64,000 nucleotides of DNA from the NCBI GenBank assembly GCA_049322915.1, contig JBMOPW010000034.1:256001-320000 (forward strand). The letters run 5' to 3'. Source of the DNA: Candidatus Zhuqueibacterota bacterium. GTDB lineage: Bacteria; Zhuqueibacterota; Zhuqueibacteria; Thermofontimicrobiales; Thermofontimicrobiaceae. The notes under the pieces were generated by a model. That model saw nothing but the letters and a program-made list of their open reading frames with translations. It ran no database searches and was not told where the DNA came from. The translations under genes and the position numbers were made by a program. Below are positions 60,635 to 64,000 of this stretch, piece after piece. Position 1 is the stretch's first letter. Each line of letters opens with the position of its first letter.

Positions 60635-63610
60635 TTAAAATTCCAGCGAATAGCCCAATTGGATCTGTCGTGGCGGTTGATACCAGCCTGGATTCTTCCA
60701 CAACTCTTCTATCGTGCCAATTCTACCTGAGTTATAGGGATAAAACTCCGGTCTTAAAAATGTTGAATAATCAGGGGATCCTGTATCGGCGTAAACATTG
60801 ATCGCGCCTTTCTGGTCGAAAAGATTGTAGATTCTAAAATAGAAAACATGTTTTAGTTTTGAATTGGTTCGACCAAATGTTTTACTAAGGAAAAAATCAA
60901 CATTCGTGATCGTCGGTCGGCGGGCGATGTTGTAATCCCAGCCGGCGTATTGACTGCCGCCGGTGGCTTCCGATTTGGCAATCGTCGGCGTATAAGGCAA
61001 GCCTGTTTCATATCTTCCGATCAAGGAAATGAGCCACCCGCTGAAATCCATTCGCACCGTCCCGCGCAACTGATGCTGTTGATCCCAATCCAGCGGGACT
61101 AACTTCTTGGTGGGTTCTTCATTCATGGTGATGGCGTTGAAGGCGTCGCTCGGGTCAGAATAGGTGCCTTCCACCACGCCAAAGGCATAATAGAGATTGG
61201 CTGAAAAATGTTGCGCATATTTCTTCTCCAGCGAGACCGTGATGCCGCGTGAGTTGGCATAATCCAGGTTCTGGTACATGGTGTACAACGCCCCGGAATA
61301 GGTCCGCATCGGCGAAATAAAACCGATCTGGTCGCGGATGTCTCGATAGTAAAGGGTCACATCCAATCCGACCGAGCTTCCCAGTTGCTGCTGCAAACCG
61401 ATTTCATAGGAAACCGTGGATTTGGCATCCAGGTCAGCGTTGCCAAAAATATCTGGCTCAGTGCCGCCGGATACTTTAAAATCAGGTCGGGCATACAAAT
61501 AGCTGAATCGTGGCATCTGGAAAAAGTGGCCGTAAGAGACATGGATAATTCCCTGATCCGAAATCGGGTAGGCAATGCCAATTCGGGGACTCACCTGCAT
61601 TTTCAGATCGACCGCTTGGTGCATGAACGCGCGTCGTTCCTCTGGCGTGTATTCCTCAAATTGACGCTCGTATTCTTCCAGACGGGATTGAATATTTTTT
61701 ATCTCATCGGGTGGCTCGATCCAATTTTTGTATTTCCATTCCTTGCGATAGGGACGATAAATATCAGGATCGCGATTATCGATAGGCTTCACATGATTCG
61801 CGTCAAAATAATCGAACCGCATTCCGATGTTCAAAATAATGTCTTTGTATTCCAGCTTGTCCTGGATGTAGGCGGAAAAAGCCTTTGGCTGGCGAGTGTA
61901 TTCATTGAACGAGGGGCTGGCGACGTCGGGCAAAACTGGCTTGAAAGCGCCGAATTCATCTTTGCTTTTGGTGACCACAAAATTTTTATTAAAATCATCA
62001 TACAGTTTCAATTCAAGACCGACTTTGAGCAGATGCTGTTTGGTGACCTGGCTGGTGATGTCAAATTTGCCCATCCAGTATGAAGAATGGCTGGCGTAAT
62101 GACTTCGATTCTGATTGAATCGGTTGAAACTTTGTCCGGGAACAGCCCCCATCATCGAGTCGGGATCAATATACCCTTTCGGCTGACCTGGATCAATAAT
62201 CCAGAACAGTCGGGTCGTGTCTGCATTTTTCAATGAAAAAAACAGGTCAGGATTTGAATCGGGATCAAAGGGATCCATGATCAGGCTGCCATCATCGCTA
62301 TCAATAAATCGTGCCAGATAATTGGGCGTTTTAAATGGATCTTTATAAAGATAACTTTCACTTTCCGAATAATCGTAGAGGAATTTTAGATCATAAAATG
62401 TAGTGGGACTGAGCATGTGCGTCAGGGCTAACAGATGCGAGTTGCCATGGCTGTAATTCTGAAGCCCGCCATCCGGAACGTACATGTTGCTTCTGCCCCC
62501 CGCGCTTCGCGGCTGGTCCGATGCATCGAAAAAAAGACTATACTTGACTTTGAAACCTGGATTCACTGACCAGGCGAGATTCATCAATCCGGTATATCGG
62601 GTGGACGGATTCAGCGCGACCAACGAGCTATCACCCGGGAGTCCTTCGGGAGTAAACCAGCGACGGCCATATTCCGAGCCAGTTAGATCCTGAAATCGGC
62701 CATGGGCAAAAAAGGTCACTTTGTTTTTCAGAAATGGAACAGGCCCGCTGAGTGCCGCCTCCAGATTGTATTCGGGATTGATGTGCTCGGCAACGGGATT
62801 TTCAGTCGCTCCGGTTCTGTTCGTTGTTCCGGTTCCGGGCGCCTGAACATCGTTGGTATTTTTGAGGACTGTGTATAAATCGTTGAATGACACGTAATCT
62901 CCGAGGTAAGCGGAAAGCCGGCCATGATAATTTATTTCTCCGCTTTTGGTGATGATATTCACGATGCCTGAATTTGCATTGCCATATTCAGCATTGAAAG
63001 CGCCGGTGACCACCTGGATTTCTTTAATTGCGTGGCTTTCGACAGCGACGCCCCGACCGGTTACAGGAACGCCATCGACCCAGGTTGCCACTTCGTCGCC
63101 CCTGCCGCCTCGAATGTGGCTCTCGCCACCCGTGCTAACCACTGCCGGTTGTAACAGCATAATGGCGCCAACCGACTGGACCGGCAGGTTGCTGATTTCC
63201 TCAGAATCCATTGTTTCTAATGAAGCGGTCATGTCTTTTTGAATCAGCGGGCGTTGCGCTTCCACGACTACCACATCGCCCTCAATCACCGTTGCTTCAA
63301 GGCTAATATCGATCGTGGTTGTAAAATCGACATTTACCCGGACAAGCTCGCGGCGGTGAGTTTTATACCCCATCATGGTTGCCACAACGGTGTAGCTGCC
63401 GGGAGGAATATTCAAAATTGCGTAATTCCCGTTCATGTCAGTCGCGGCGCCGATGAGTGTCCCTTCAATAACGACATTCGCACCGGGCAGGGGACTCTGA
63501 TTTTCCGCATCTTTTACGACGCCGGCAATCTTGCCGGTCGTGCCGGCAAAAGCATGAGGACTGAAACAGAGCAAAAGAAATATAAAAATAAAGCTCGCTC
63601 GTAATTTCAT
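60635..63610 (-). CDS. TonB-dependent receptor with N-terminal carboxypeptidase-regulatory-like domain
   Basis: GKIAGVV.D...PLPGANV, HIRGGR..E...VDGVP plug, G.FNAEYG...SG.VNIITK, SPRIG, YNLFD, PRQIQLGYSLEF. Confidence 0.93.
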   Translation of the reverse strand: MKLRASFIFIFLLLCFSPHAFAGTTGKIAGVVKDAENQSPLPGANVVIEGTLIGAATDMNGNYAILNIPPGSYTVVATMMGYKTHRRELVRVNVDFTTTIDISLEATVIEGDVVVVEAQRPLIQKDMTASLETMDSEEISNLPVQSVGAIMLLQPAVVSTGGESHIRGGRGDEVATWVDGVPVTGRGVAVESHAIKEIQVVTGAFNAEYGNANSGIVNIITKSGEINYHGRLSAYLGDYVSFNDLYTVLKNTNDVQAPGTGTTNRTGATENPVAEHINPEYNLEAALSGPVPFLKNKVTFFAHGRFQDLTGSEYGRRWFTPEGLPGDSSLVALNPSTRYTGLMNLAWSVNPGFKVKYSLFFDASDQPRSAGGRSNMYVPDGGLQNYSHGNSHLLALTHMLSPTTFYDLKFLYDYSESESYLYKDPFKTPNYLARFIDSDDGSLIMDPFDPDSNPDLFFSLKNADTTRLFWIIDPGQPKGYIDPDSMMGAVPGQSFNRFNQNRSHYASHSSYWMGKFDITSQVTKQHLLKVGLELKLYDDFNKNFVVTKSKDEFGAFKPVLPDVASPSFNEYTRQPKAFSAYIQDKLEYKDIILNIGMRFDYFDANHVKPIDNRDPDIYRPYRKEWKYKNWIEPPDEIKNIQSRLEEYERQFEEYTPEERRAFMHQAVDLKMQVSPRIGIAYPISDQGIIHVSYGHFFQMPRFSYLYARPDFKVSGGTEPDIFGNADLDAKSTVSYEIGLQQQLGSSVGLDVTLYYRDIRDQIGFISPMRTYSGALYTMYQNLDYANSRGITVSLEKKYAQHFSANLYYAFGVVEGTYSDPSDAFNAITMNEEPTKKLVPLDWDQQHQLRGTVRMDFSGWLISLIGRYETGLPYTPTIAKSEATGGSQYAGWDYNIARRPTITNVDFFLSKTFGRTNSKLKHVFYFRIYNLFDQKGAINVYADTGSPDYSTFLRPEFYPYNSGRIGTIEELWKNPGWYQPPRQIQLGYSLEF

Positions 63611-64000
63611 TTTGGGACTCCTGTTCTTTTAGAATATGATTGCATTGCGTTATCATGGCTATGTTTAAAATCTAACCGCGCATTATCCGTCAACAACGGG
63701 AAAGCGGGCGTTGGAATTATATAAGGTAAATTTGGTCGAGTAACAAACATCGGCGCGGATGTGAGTTTAATTTTATTCAACGCCGCCATATTTATTTTTA
63801 TTTTTGAATCATAGACCTGCTTTAGACTATCAAGATAATCATCAAAATAGGTGTGGCTTCCGCTGAGTCGGTTCGGGTCAAAATCTTTGCGCTGTGAAAT
63901 TTGTTTGATAAATTTATCCCGATGGTAAACCGCGACCAACGCGTCCTGCCATTTTCGAACATGCCGTCGCACTTGATCGGTTTTATCAATAGATTTTTTG
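63607..64000 (-). CDS. C-terminal part of an uncharacterised protein (5' truncated), possibly foldase/PPIase-like
   Basis: Frame open to the window edge; stop overlaps the receptor start (ATGA); YLDSLK..Y...IKIN tail resembles PrsA/SurA-type C-termini. Confidence 0.5.
   Translation of the reverse strand, partial: KKSIDKTDQVRRHVRKWQDALVAVYHRDKFIKQISQRKDFDPNRLSGSHTYFDDYLDSLKQVYDSKIKINMAALNKIKLTSAPMFVTRPNLPYIIPTPAFPLLTDNARLDFKHSHDNAMQSYSKRTGVPK

Overview
Chromosomal window from a Gram-negative, probably anaerobic bacterium. The gene mix (kds/lpt operon led by gatC, PorV-like barrels, FlgD/T9SS-type C-terminal domains, normal Shine-Dalgarno sites and TTGACA-17-TATATT promoters) suggests a non-Bacteroidota FCB-group lineage such as KSB1/Calditrichota; this is inference. 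Left to right: (1) the tail of a histidine kinase plus an NtrC-family activator, followed by a sigma54-type promoter and a 72-aa ORF ending in a QLDLF clamp-binding-like motif; (2) adenosine deaminase and nucleoside phosphorylase, divergent from a 2188-aa secreted metallophosphoesterase on a long repeat stalk with two PorV/FadL-like barrels; (3) purE, NCS2 permease, PfkB kinase, rfbD, GT2, cstA, a GH78-like lipoprotein; (4) a ~19-kb minus-strand run gatC-kdsB-pyrG-kdsA-kdsC-[CsgG-like, Omp28-like, Ig lipoprotein]-kdsD-lpxL-lptCAB-rpoN-hslVU-argF-GNAT-GT-GT9; (5) tRNA-Sec (selC), then an ECF transporter with complementarily degenerate ATPases and an Fe-S MobB; (6) a SusD-less polysaccharide-utilisation-like locus (TonB receptor, large Ca-motif/Fn3/CTD protein, PorV, two atypical GH10 paralogues, SSS transporter, isomerase, dehydrogenase). 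The best candidates for undescribed systems are the ECF-MobB module (possible Mo/W-pterin uptake), the SusD-less locus and the stalked phosphoesterase/nucleoside-salvage locus. No CRISPR array, rRNA, transposase or integrase was seen. All calls come from motif reading; no database search was run.
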